DNA from: Eledone cirrhosa
Lineage: Eukaryota
Length of the DNA: 64,000 bases
Direction: 5' to 3'
NCBI GenBank assembly: GCA_964016885.1
Contig: OZ024759.1
Span: 11,036,001-11,100,000 of the forward strand
Part shown: piece after piece, positions 24,495 to 37,279 of the stretch
How positions within the stretch are numbered: the first letter of the stretch is position 1
How the letters are laid out: every line of letters starts with the position of its first letter
Notes under the pieces: generated by a model
Database searches by the model: none
Seen by the model: the letters and a program-made list of their open reading frames with translations, nothing else
Told to the model about the DNA's origin: nothing
Program-made: the position numbers and the translations under genes

Positions 24495-24900
24495 CCTTGT
24501 AGGAGACTAGCTAAACCTACATAGGTGTGATCTATAACAACATGATGGGACTGGGTCCCCATCATTAAAACACTCAAGAAACCTCCTATGAGATACAACC
24601 TTGTAGGAGACCAGCTAAACGTACATAGGTGTGAGCTGTAACAACATGATAGGGTTGGGGTCCCCATCATTAAAACCCTCAAGAAACCTCCTATGAGATA
24701 CAACCTCGTAGGAGGCCAGCTAAACCTACATAGGTGTGAGCTGTAACAACATGATAGGACTGGGGTCACTATCATTAAAACCCCCAAGAAACTTCCTATA
24801 AGATACAACCCTGTAGGAAGCCAGCTAAACCTACGTAGGTGTGAGCTGTAACAACATGATAGGACTGGGGACCCCATCATTAAAATTCCTAGCTAAACCT
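24495..24900. repeat. About 105 bp tandem repeat x4 after a SINE head (24355-24460)
   Basis: Repeated gctaaacctacataggtgtgagctgtaacaacatgataggactgggg...atcattaaaa. Confidence 0.85.
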
Positions 24901-25164
24901 TTGTGAGACAAAACAACACATTTTTTTCTCAGCATCATAGATGTCGTAGTAATGTTTTTCTGGGATTTAAATAAGGAATGAACAAATTAACTGGCGTTTT
25001 TAAATCACCACTGCTAATTGACAGATAATATGTGGCAGAATTCCTCTATATTTCTTTCTCTGGAAGAAATCTGTTGTACTCAGGCCTGGAGAGGGAAGGG
25101 GCTCTGCCAGCCGTATCTCAATATGGCACCCCTACAACTCTATCAGGTGTTACGGGACCATACA

Positions 25165-25390
25165 TATCAGGAACAATCGACTTTCGTCAAATCGGACCGA
25201 GGAAACAATGCTTCCATTGGTCTTTCCAATTGCTAGTACTCTCTATTGGTCGCAACTCCAGGTAGAAGGAGCAACGTGAAATAAAGTGTCTTGCTCAAGG
25301 ACATAACGCATCACCCGGTCCAGGAATCGAACTCACAACCTCACGATTGCGAATCCAATTCTCTAACCACTCAGCCACACGCCTTCACAC
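25165..25390 (-). mobile_element. tRNA-derived SINE family C (second copy at about 61460-61684, older copy at about 1665-1875)
   Basis: The minus strand has tggctgagtgg and gagttcgattcc boxes, a CORE-like segment and a distinct 3' end. Confidence 0.82.
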
Positions 25391-25705
25391 CATACATATG
25401 GCAGAATCTAATAAGCATTATCATTACAGCTGATCAATAGAGAGGTGCACATATTATATATAGACTCGGACGCCATGCTTTGCAGCAAAGAGTTATGGCC
25501 CTTTGTGGTCTGAGTTCAAATCCCGCCGAGGTTAACTTTGCCTTTCATCCTTACGGGGGTCGATAAAATAAAGTACCAGTAATGTACTGGGTAATTGCTG
25601 GCCTTGTGCCAAAAGTAGAAACAATTATATATAGACTCATGTAAAAGTTGATCTGATGTATAGTTGGACCTGGTCAATTGTTTCTATTGATTGTGGTTGT
25701 ATACA

Positions 25706-26110
25706 TCATTACAGTATATATACCCTATATATACCCAGGTAACAGTATTACAGTATATATACCCTATATATACCCAGTAACACCATTACAATATATATAC
25801 CCAGTAACACCATTACAGTATATATACCCTATATATACCCAAGTAACACCATTACTGTATATATACCCTATATATACCTAGGTAACACCATTACAGTATA
25901 TATACCCTATATATACCCAGGTAACATCATTACAGTATATATACCCTATATATACCTAGGTAACACCATTACTGTATATATACCCAGGTAACACTATTAC
26001 AGTATATATACCCTATATATACCCAGGTAACACCATTACAGTATATATACCCAAGTAACACCATTACTGTATATATATACCCAGGTAACTCCATTACAAT
26101 ATATATATAC
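25706..26110. repeat. Mixed 24-39 bp AT-rich minisatellite
   Basis: Repeated ccattacagtatatataccc(tatatataccc)aggtaaca. Confidence 0.9.
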
Positions 26111-26178
26111 TCTATATATATCATAGTGTATATATAGAGTATATATAGTGTAATACAGTATATATACACTATACATAG

Positions 26179-26730
26179 CAGGGGTGTGCAACATATTCCA
26201 TAGGTGGACCACTTTTGAACATTGAACAACTGTTAGGGCCATTAATATTTACTAAACACTTCCAAAGATTCACCACAACTTCTTTCCATAACAGAACTGG
26301 GAAACTATAACACACAACCCTATCAGTGAAGCCCTTTAGTATCGGTCAACTGGGAAACTATAACACATAACCCTATCAGTGAAGCCCTTTAGTATCGGTC
26401 AACTGGGAAACTATAACACACAACCCTATCAGTGAAGCCCTTTAGTATAGGTCAACTGGGAAACTATAACACACACAACCCTATCAGTGAAGCCCTTTAG
26501 TATAGGTCAACTGGGAAATTATAACACATATAACCCTATCAGTGTTAGTATAGGTCAACTGGGAAATTATATCACACATAACCCTATCAGTGAAGCCCTT
26601 TCCTATAGGTCAACTCACAGAAGTACGAAAAAAATTCTAAATAAGCCTACGAGGTAAAAATTAAAAACGGTCATTGTGGATCACTGGCAGGCTGGTTTGT
26701 GGCCCGTGGGCCACCTGTTGCATGCCCCTG
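26179..26730. mobile_element. hAT (Charlie-like) MITE with internal array of about 53 bp x6
   Basis: Terminal inverted repeats CAGGGGTGTGCAAC / GTTGCATGCCCCTG. The 8 bp flanks match only imperfectly. Confidence 0.7.
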
Positions 26731-26984
26731 ATATATATCCATATAACATCATTACAGTATATATACTCTATATATAGTTATGTAAAAGTGAACCCCATTT
26801 TTTTGTCCCTAAATTTAGGTTTTTTCGAGTATCTCAAGTAAAATTTGATCCCAGCTCTTTCAGAGCAACAGATCAATATTAGTCAACCAAGGTTTTATCC
26901 TCAAGTTTTTGTACTGAATGTAAATATTACGATGATGAAATTAATTTTTCTACACGACTATGTTCTGATGTAAGCCCAAGTGAA

Positions 26985-27799
26985 AATACCCCCAGCATTC
27001 GAGGTCCCGGTTATTTGTGGAATTGTCCTCAGAACCTAACTAATAATTGTTTGTGGAAACCACCGCATATTTGCGGAGTCATAAATCATCATCACCGTTT
27101 TACGTCCGTTCTTCCACGCTAGCATGGGTTAGACGGGTTGTCCTGTTGTGTGCAGTGTCTGGTCGGCTGACCATGCCTTGCTCATACAGGAACTGATCTG
27201 GCTTGATTTCTACAGCTGGATGCCCTTCCTAACACCAACCTCATTTACAGTGAGTGCTGGGTGCTTTTTCGTGGCGCCTACACGTCCACTTTACAGTGTG
27301 GGCTGGGTGCTTTTTCGTGGCGCCTACACGTCCACTTTACAGTGTGGGCTGGGTGCTTTTTTTTGCCGTGGCACCTCCACGACCACCTTGCGGTGTGGGG
27401 GCATATTGTTTATATGCTTCAGCATGTACCCATGGGAGGTCGGGTACTCTGTATTACTGCGTGACGCCAGAAGTCACGGTCGTGTATCATTGTCTTTGAG
27501 AAGTGTAATTGGGTAAGGTCGGTTTTTATCACCTCATCCCAGGTCATCTTGGGTCTCCCCACTCCGCGGTTTCCATCAACTTCTAGTGCTCTGCACCTTT
27601 TTATGCAGCTGTCATCCTTCCGCAAATTTTTAATGGCTTTTTTACCACTAAATTATTAACAACAATATACCATATTTGTTGGACTATTGGACGCTCCCTC
27701 TTATTTTATTATATTACGTTTACCTTATGTTTTGGACCACATCCAATATTCGCAGGTTCTCTAGGAATGTAACCCCTGTGAATACTGGGGCACAACTGT
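26985..27799. mobile_element. pogo/Tigger-like MITE interrupted by a SINE B fragment and an RTE 3' fragment (both minus); related piece at 12520-12665
   Basis: ccccagcattcg...gaatactgggg...ctgta ends. 27419-27625 translates to an RTE C-terminus (GRPKMTWDEVIKTDL). Confidence 0.6.
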
Positions 27800-27857
27800 A
27801 TTTATAAGAGCTATGGGGCTCTTGTTTATGTGTTTTGGTATATAGAAACATCTGCTG

Positions 27858-28440
27858 AATTAGCAGTAATTTGTGGAGCGTCGGACAACATCCTTTGCGA
27901 CATAGTTACGTCCCTTTACAGACAGTTCAAATCCTGCCAAGGTTAACTTTGCTTTTCATCCTTACGGGGTTGATAAAATAAGGTACCAGTAATGCACTGG
28001 GGGGGTCAATTTAATCGACCCCCCCCCAATTGTTGGCCTTGTGCCTATATCAGAAATCATTATGGTGGATTGGCAGTATCGGTAGAGGGTCGGACGCCAT
28101 GCTTTGAGGCATAGTTACGTCCCTTTACGATCTGAGTTCAAATCCCGCCGAGGTTGACTTTGCCTTTCATCCTTACGGGGTCGATAAAATAAAGTACCAG
28201 TAATGCACTGGGTAATTGCTGGCCTTGTGCCTAAAGTAGAAACAATTATTACTCTAATATATTGGAAGGTGTGGATTAGTGGAATCGGTAAAGTGCCGAA
28301 CAAAATATTTTGTGGCATTTAGTTATGTTCCTTTTACATTTTGGGGTGAAATCTCACCCAGATCAACTTTGACTTTCATCCATATCCCCCCCCCCCCCCC
28401 CCACAAATTACTGACCTTATGCTAATGTTAGAAATAATTA
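27858..28440 (+). mobile_element. Three tandem SINE family A copies
   Basis: Same A-box, B-box and core as 334-512. Confidence 0.8.
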
Positions 28441-28564
28441 TTTTTATAATTGTTTTTATTTATTTAGGGACTATTTGGGTCCCTAATCCTTGATACAGTA
28501 TTTTAGGTTGAAATGTGAATTTTAACCCTTGTAAAATAGTATCGATATAATAGTTCTTTTTCTT

Positions 28565-28920
28565 CTTCGCTCCCTTATTCCTGTGACGGTCGTGGGGGCA
28601 GAGTCCTCAAACATTCCTTCCAGTGGGTCCTGTCAGAAGCAACCATCTCCAACTTACCCGGCTGAATCCCCAAACGAGACCAGCCACGCTCATGGATGTT
28701 ATCCAACTATCTTGCTCAGGGTCTACCTCTGGGTATCCTGCCTGTTGGTTTTGTCCCTAAAATCTATCCAGGGATTCTTTCCTGAGACATTCTAACCACA
28801 TGTCCATAATATCGGAGCTGTGATCTCACATTTTGGAGAAGTAACGGCTCTACCTGGCGTGACCCTCTGATCTCTGAGCTACGCACTCTATCGAGTGACT
28901 TTACTCCAGGGACCCTAGTT
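28565..28920 (-). mobile_element. RTE-clade LINE 3' fragment
   Basis: Minus translation SQLRYYGHVVRMSQERIP...GRIPRGRP...RLGIQP...LPPRP with internal stops. Confidence 0.75.
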
Positions 28921-29803
28921 GACCATATAAATTTAACCCAATAGTAAAAAGAATCAACTTTTACATGACTGTAAATGGTAAATATGTGTTGCTCATATGG
29001 AAATAACTTCAGGTTTTTTATCTGAGACATCTGTCATCAACACATTCCACCCTGCATACCATGACTCATTCACTTCCCTGACATTTGTGTATTATTCTAT
29101 GTACTATACATGCACCTTTGACGAGTTGTAGTGCACCTGAGCACTGTACACAATAATTTCATTATTATTATTATACACAATCATTGGCTGCTGCAGTGTG
29201 TGCGTGTATGTTATATGCATGCTATGTGTGTATGTAATTGCATGCTGTGGATTTCAAGCCCAGAGCAAGGCTCAGTAGATAAGTCACATGTGATGCAGTC
29301 TTAGTTTTGTACTTTGTTAATGTGGATTCATGTGGTACAGGACATTAAGAGACAAGGTTACCTTCTGCCCTCTCTGTCTGCCTCAATAATATTGATTGTA
29401 AACTATTAGAAATGTGTGATATTTATGTTTTTAATAGTGTTTATATATGTATATATATGCGTGTGTGTGTGTAGATATATATGTATATATGTATGTGTGT
29501 ATATGTATGTGTATATATGTATGTGTATATCTAGGGCGGGTAAAATTCCAGAGATCCATGGACGAGTTCTCTCCAGCAGTCTCTGTCCCTCATTATCGCT
29601 GCCATGTATGTGTATATATATATATATATATATAAATATATATATATATATCTATGTATATATATATGAAAATGTGTATGTATGTATATGTATATATATA
29701 TATGTATATGTATATATATATAAATATCCATTTTTCATCATTTTACATATGTGTGTGTCTATATATACACACACAAACACAGACATTTTTATATTTATTT
29801 ATA

Positions 29804-29848
<45 letters not shown>

Positions 29849-29878
29849 AAATCAAAAGATGGTTAAAAGAGTTCCAAG

Positions 29879-29949
29879 TATTTTATTATACGCATTTCAA
29901 AAACAAATATCATCATGGGATGATATCTGCATTTTCATCAGATAAAATA
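29879..29949 (-). ncRNA. Minimal type I hammerhead ribozyme motif (degenerate stem II) in a Penelope-like terminal fragment
   Basis: tattttat-CTGATGA-stem II-GAAA-tgcgta-TA-ataaaata. Same family as 43017-43086. Confidence 0.65.
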
Positions 29950-30412
29950 GGGATACATGATAGGAAGCTTAAAAAACACTTGTGAATAGTGAAGTTTTAA
30001 AATACTTGAAACTCTTTTAACCATCTTTTGATCTTATATTATTTATACTCCAGTCTTACAAACTGTAGAGTGCTACTTATCCGATATTTGCATTGCTTTA
30101 TTGTGCTACAATAAAACTCACCTCCTACATATATATATATATACATATATATATATTCACATATATATCTATTTATGTATGTATCCATAAACTCATATTT
30201 ATTGATATAAGTGTATCTTCATATATGCAGGCATATTTATTTATATATATAAATATATATATATATATACATACATGTAGCTATATACATTCATATACAG
30301 ACACTCACATGTATGTATATATGCTCCTCTGGCCATTCGCATATATACACGCACACATGCATGTGTGAATGTATATAAATAGCTATTTACATTCATATAA
30401 ACACACACAATT

Positions 30413-30446
<34 letters not shown>

Positions 30447-30591
30447 GTATGTATGTGGTTACATACATTCTTATACACACACGCATGTATATATGTATAT
30501 AGTTATATAGATTCATATCCACACACATACATGTATATATGTATGTATGTATATATATATATATGTGTGTGTGTGTGTATGTACGTATGTA

Positions 30592-30640
<49 letters not shown>

Positions 30641-30954
30641 CTCCGGAATACCAAGAACCATCTGTTAGTACATTACATGCTTACTTCCCTTCCTTTATAG
30701 ACTGTAGTGTAGAGGTTTCCTACCACGTCACTACCAAACACCCCTTTTATAGAAATGGATTTTCCCAAAATAAAAAAAATAAAAATTACAACAACAACAA
30801 TAGTCGTATTGAGAAATGTTTTTATATTTTGACAAACAGGAAAAAATCAATCGAATAATAAAAATATTACTAATCAATAAGGTGTCTATAAATATGAAAT
30901 GTAGTCGCCCTAATGCAGAGGACTATAATAATAGTTGTCAACTGGGAGTGTGGT

Positions 30955-31258
30955 GGATTGGCAGAATCGGTAGAGCGTTGGATTTAATGTTTAGTGCTGT
31001 TCCTGCTCTTTACATTCCATGTTGAGGGGGCAATTTTGACTTTTTATCTTTCTGGGCTTCATAAAATAAAGTACCAGTTAAATACTGGGTGGTAGAGCGT
31101 CAGACATCATGCTGTGCAGCATAGAGTTATGGCACTTTACGTTCTGAGTTCAAATCCTGCTGAGGTTAACTTTGCCTTTCATCCTTATGGGGTTGATAAA
31201 ATAAAGTACCAGTAATGCACTGGGGTAATTGCTGGCCTTTTGCCAAAAGTAGAAACAA
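30955..31258 (+). mobile_element. Two SINE family A copies
   Basis: Family A core sequence. Confidence 0.78.
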
Positions 31259-31264
31259 ATAATA

Positions 31265-31458
31265 TAGTCACCAATATTGAGACTGTTTAACTATTATTAT
31301 AGTCACCAGTATTGAGACTGTTTAACTATTATTATAGTCACCAGTATTGAGACTGTTTAACTATTATTATAGTCACCAGTATTGAGACTGTTTAACTATT
31401 ATTATAGTCACCAGTATTGAGACTGTTTAACTATTATTATAGTCACCAGTATTGAGAC
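31265..31458. repeat. 35 bp minisatellite x5.5
   Basis: agtcaccagtattgagactgtttaactattattat. Confidence 0.93.
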
Positions 31459-31759
31459 AACTACATTTCAGTTTTCTCATGTTCTCAAAGTCAAGCGGAT
31501 GTTTACGCAATTTATTTGATGAAACTACAAAACAATATGGAAACTGTGGCAACAATAAAAACAGATTGGATTCAGTTTTGATGAAGAGGCCTCTCTCGTG
31601 TACCTCATCTCTTCCCGGTGTTGTCAGGGTTAGATATTCACCTTGGTGCCTGGTGAACTTCAGGTCTGGGCGGGGCCCAGAATACACAAACAGAGTGCAA
31701 GTGGCTGAGCATTCCACAAACATGTGTACCTTAACATAGATCTCAGGGAGATTCATACA

Positions 31760-32362
31760 GTGTCTTGTTGAAGGACACAGTGGAGCAATATGAAATAAAG
31801 TGTCTTGCTCAAGGACACAGTGGACTGAAGCAATGTGAAATAAAGTGTCTTGCTCAAGGACACAGTGGACTGGAGCAATGTGAAATAAAGTGTCTTGCTC
31901 AAGGACACAGTGGACTGGAGAAATATGAAATAAAGTGTCTTGCTCAAGGACACAGTGAACTGGAGGAATATGAAATGTGAAATAAAGTGTCTTGCTCAAG
32001 GACACATTGGACTGGAGCAATGTGAAATAAAGTGTCTTGTTGAAGGACACAGTGGACTGGAGCAACGTGAAATAAAGTGTCTTGTTGAAGGACACAGTGG
32101 ACTGGAGCAACGTGAAATAAAATGACTTGCTCAAGGACACAGTGGACTGGAGCAACGTGAAATAAAGTGTCTTGCTCAAGGACACAGTGGACTGGAGCAA
32201 TGTGAAATAAAGTGTCTTGTTCAAGGACACAGTGGACTGGAGCAACGTGAAATAAAGTGTCTTGCTCAAGGACACAATGGACTGGAGCAATGTGAAATAA
32301 AGTGTCTTGCTCAAGGACACAGTGGACTGGAGCAATGTGAAATAAAGTGTCTTGCTCAAGGA
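31760..32362 (-). repeat. 45 bp minisatellite (about 13 copies) from the SINE CORE-like domain
   Basis: gaaataaagtgtcttgctcaaggacacagtggactggagcaatgt. Confidence 0.92.
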
Positions 32363-32587
32363 CTTCAAAACACTCATAAAATGTTCTAGAATACCTCCAT
32401 TACATTAAAGATATTTCTCAGACTCTGAGAATATCAAACATTGGTTCAATAAGACAACTACCTAACAGATTTGTAAAGTTCTAAAATGTCCTTAAAATAA
32501 ACCATTCTAGATAATTTCATATTCTCAAACCTGGCAGCGTGAATACCTGCAACAGAATGTACCCCACTAAAGAACCCCCAATGGCCA

Positions 32588-32820
32588 ACAGGTGTTATTA
32601 AACTGGGGGACAGGTTATGTCTACCACCCAAGGATCAGGTGTGATTAAACTGGGGGACGGGTTATGTCTACCACCCAAGGATCAGGTGTGATTAAACTGG
32701 GGGATGGGTTATGTCTACCACCCAAGGATCAGGTGTTATTAAACTGGGGGACAGGTTATGTCTACCACCCAAGGACCAGGTGTTATTAAACTAGGGGACA
32801 GGTTATGTCTACCACCCAAA
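32588..32820. repeat. 47 bp minisatellite x5
   Basis: caggtgttattaaactgggggacaggttatgtctaccacccaaggat. Confidence 0.92.
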
Positions 32821-34728
32821 ATATGGAGAATCGGAACGAATATCGTAACACAATAACTACTACAACAACAACAACTACTACTAGTAGTAGAAGGCACTTG
32901 GGTGTCTTTAGTGTGGTCCACTCTGGTGCAAGCATTTGGACACAGGCCACCGATTCAAGAACATCATCCCCCTCCCCTCCTGACAGGCCCAGAGATCCTC
33001 AATGGCACCATGGACTTCCTCCATTAAATACAAACCACATGATAAAATAAATAAGTAAAATATATAAATAACATATGTCGGAACGAAATCCAATTCCAAT
33101 CCAAGTTTTTATTAATAGTTCTATCAAACAGGGGAAATAACTCGTGTTTACCATCAACTGATTGCTGAGAGGATACTCGACTGAACGAGAATTGCATAAA
33201 ATATTTTCTTTGGTGAATTCGGGAATAAAAAACTGAAGGTCAAGAACTGTTGTAGTATCGACCACTTTCCGATAGGTTTATCGATGAACCTACAATGGTA
33301 GAAACTTCTAGTGTTCTGGGTGCCCGAACCACCTCCTTACTAACTGCTTTCGAGAGTTGGCCACCCAAAGGAGTGAACCCATAAAAGGAACTGCCTTCTT
33401 GTCAAACCTATAGCGATGACTTCTGGTATTCTGGGTCCTTCTACCACCACCCCTACTCACAATTATCAAGACAGATTTGGTCACCGAAAGGAGTTAGCCC
33501 CAAAAGTTGTATTGGCTATTTCAACGTATCTTCCGTCGCTATTCTCTGGGGTAACATTGTCTCTATTCTGTCTGCTGAGACCCTGAGGTAGCTTGTACCT
33601 GGAGTTCAGCACGACAGGGAACGTTCACCCACACTATCCAGACTTCTATCATTGTTGTAGCAATTATGGTGGGTTTTTTTATTTACAATCACAAATGTTT
33701 CCAGTGTGTTGTTGGTCTGCCCCAAATAAATATTTTAAAAAAACATTGTTTCGTTTTTCTTTCGATAACATCCTACATGTTCCACTGAAACCTAATGCCA
33801 TTTCTACAACTAACAATTGGCAATTATCATATAACAAATATATAAAATTAAATAGAAATACATATTCTAAGATAAGTTTTTTATTTACTGAAGAGTTGTA
33901 TAAATGACATTAGACATAATTAAAAGAGAGAAAGGAAAGTGGGAAGAGATAAAGAAAGAGAAAATACAGAGGCAGGTAATACACACATCTAGGACCACAT
34001 ACAACACATAAGCAGGTAATACATACTTCTTCTAGAAGTCATTTCTATAATAAAATAAATATACCTATACTCTATTAACGTATTGAGTACCTTTTTTGAC
34101 AGCTCCTACAAAAAAGTCTTTAAATTTAAAAAAATCCAAGAAATTCTTCGAAAAAGCAAATTTTTAATTAGAAATGATTGTGTCGTCTGCTTTGTCGTCT
34201 GTTCAAGGGAGACAACTGCGACACTATTGTTGTTGTTGTTTAACCGTAGGTCAGCCATGTTGAATCAGACCTCCTTGCAACAACAAATTACATATCGCAA
34301 CTATTTCGTTTTTTTAACAAAAATATATCATTATTATTGTGTTTCTTTCAAGCATATTATATCTAGAACTACTTTATCCAATGTGACCTTTACTTTATAA
34401 GATAGTAGGGTCGAATTCGGAGTAGATTTGGCTGCTATTTCTATGAGTTTATTTTAAAAACGTGGAGCAGTGATTCGGAACACGAGAGAAACGATTAATA
34501 GGGAAGACTTTTGATATTTTAGGGAGAAATTCAGATACTTTTGGAGGGCACATTAACTATTTTTTGTGGGGTAGGGGTACGATTGACAATATATATATAA
34601 AAAAAAACGAAACCTGTTTTACATAGAGTGCGAGGGGCTTCTAAGTGTTTGAACTGTTTGGGGACATGGAGCATCGCACCCCAGGAGTTCCTGTCATGTT
34701 AGTGTGCTTATGTGGAGATGATGATACA

Positions 34729-35265
34729 TTAAAGCTCCGATGTTTGGCAACTGACTTGCTTGACACCTACAAGATTATTAACCATCTTGCCAACAACAAC
34801 CCCGAACACCTTTTTGATTTCCATGTGTCTAACACACGTGGGCATGCTTACAAAGTCAGAAAACAATACAGCTCCCATGACTTTCGGAAACATTTTTTCA
34901 CGCTCAGAGTTGCTGAAGCATGGAACAAACTACCTGCATCAGTTGTTAGCTGTCGAAACACTGCATCCTTTAAGGCCTCCATGGAACAAACTACCTGCAT
35001 CAGTTGTTAGCTGTCGAGACACTACATCCTTTAAAACCTCCATGGAACAAACTACCTGCATCAGTTGTTAGCTGTCGAAACACTGCATCCTTTAAAACCT
35101 CCATGCTTCCTGAAATTCACCAACACTACACCTGATATCCCCCCTCCATACACGCACACACATGTATTTCATGACTCGTACACTTTGTTGACATTTGTAC
35201 ATTATTCTATGTACTATACATGCACCTTTGATGAGTTGTAGTGCACCTGAGCACTGTACATAACA
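34729..35265 (+). mobile_element. CR1-clade LINE 3' end with an internal triplication of about 62 bp (3' UTR copy also at about 29030-29195)
   Basis: DLLDTYKII...NTRGHAYKVRK...RKHFFTLRVAEAWNKLP is a typical CR1/L2-group C-terminus. Confidence 0.8.
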
Positions 35266-35499
35266 TATGATCATGCTACACAGACATCAGCTATTGTGGA
35301 GTAGTTGTAGTAGTTATGGTGATGAGAGGAGACACAGGTCTATGATGGAGTAAAGGAACACTTATGGCAAAGGAAGACTTATAAACAAGGTAAATGAATT
35401 TATTTGTTTGTTTGTGGTTGCAACAGAGAATAATATTTAGGGTAGAATTATTCCAGCCGTGGTTAGCTTTGTCTTTCATCTTTACAGGGTCCATAAAAT

Positions 35500-36486
35500 A
35501 CGTATCACATGTCCATACCAACACAACCTCCTCTCCTGCACACAGCATTTGATTCCTCTTATGCTCAGTCTCTCTCTCAATTCGTTTATGCTTTGCCGTT
35601 CGCGTATATTACTATTACACATCCATCGGAACATGTAGGCTTTGTTTCTTTCTAATCTATGCAAGTCTTCCACAGACAGAGCCCAGGTCTCACTACCATG
35701 CAACATCGCTGTTCGGATACACGCATCATACAGTCTGCCTTTCATTTTGAGGGAAAAGCCTTTTGCAGCTAGCAGTGGTAGCAGCTCCCTGAACTTCTTC
35801 CATCCCGTTCTTACCCTAGTTATTGTACTTTCTGAGCACCCACCTCTGTTGCTAATTCAGTCACCTAGGTAGCAGAAGCTGTCTACTGTTTCTACAGAGC
35901 CCTCCAAGAGTTTGGTGGTACTTGTTTCCTGTGGCTGTTACATGTGAAGCCTACATTCTTAGTTAAGCTTCCAGAGATCCCGCTACATCTCTTGTGTACC
36001 CATTGTTTGCATTTGGGGCAGAGAATGGAGTTCCTACCTTCACCTTTCCTACATACTGAGCAAGACTATTTCCCCTACAAGTACCTTAGTCTTTGTCAGG
36101 TTGACTTTGAGACCCTTTTTTTCTAGTCCTTGCTTCCAAGTTTGGAATTTCTTCTTTAGTTCTACCATAGATTCAGTTATAAGTGCGAGGTCATCTGCAT
36201 ACAGGAGTTCCCATGGGCAACCGGTCTTAAACTCCTCCGTTAGTTATTGCCTGCAGGACTATGATGAAAAGGAGAGGGCTAAGAGCAGAGCCCTGGTGGA
36301 CACCGACCTCTACGCTAAATTCCTCGCTATACTCATTGCTAATCCTAACTTTGCTGACTGCTCCCCTATACATGGCTTGTACAGCTTTCACAAGCCATTC
36401 ATCTACTCCTAGTTTTCTAAGAGCCCACCAGATTATAGCACGGGGAACTCTGTCAAAGGCTTTCTCGAGATCAACGAATGCCAAGT
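35500..36486 (-). mobile_element. RTE LINE reverse transcriptase fragment (degenerate)
   Basis: YLAFVDLEKAFDRVPR, GVHQGSALSPLLF, LLYADDL and MLHGSETW on the minus strand, with frameshifts. Confidence 0.92.
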
Positions 36487-37279
36487 ATGTGTGTGTAAAA
36501 GGAAGGATGGGGTGGTGAAAAACCGAGAGCAAAATAGCGGCTGGCGTTCCATTTGTTATGCTGTGTGTGTATTTGTGTGAATGTGTGTGTGTGTTTGTGT
36601 GAATGTGTTTGTGTGAATGTATGTATGGGTGTGTTTGTGTGAATGTATGTATGTATGTTTGTGTGAATGTATGTATGGGTGTGTTTGTGTTAATGTGTGT
36701 GTATTTCTGTGAATGTGTGTGTGTTTGTGTGAATGTGTGTGTGTATTTGTGTGAATGTGTGTGTGTTTGTGTGTGTTTGTGTGAATGTATGTATGGGTGT
36801 GTTTGTGTGAATGTATGTATCTATGTTTGTGTGAATGTGTTTGTGTGAATGTATGTATGGGTGTGTTTGTGTGAATGTATGTATGGGTGTGTCTCTCTCA
36901 CATCCTCTCTTCACTCACACCCTCTCCCTCTCACTCACACCCCCTCTCTCACATACTCTCTCTGTCACTCACATCCTCTCTCTCTCACACCCTCTCTCTC
37001 ACATACTCTTACTCACGTCCTCTCTCTTACTCACGCCCTCTCTCTCACACACTCTCTCTCTCACTCGTACCCTCTTTCTCTCACTCACACCCTCTCTCTC
37101 TCTCACTCACACCCTCTCTCTCTCACTCACACCCTCTCTCTCTCACACACTCCCTCTCTCCTTCACTCCCCCAAACCCCCATCCATGCCACCCCCTCTCT
37201 TCCAGTCTTTCATTTCAATTTGTTGTCTTATTTCTGAAGCTAAACAAAATTACACAATACACACAAACATATATATTCT

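Noticed and set aside
26250-26296. Possible minus-strand micro-exon
   Set aside because: It lies inside a hAT-like MITE, and the acceptor-like site is part of a tandem repeat.
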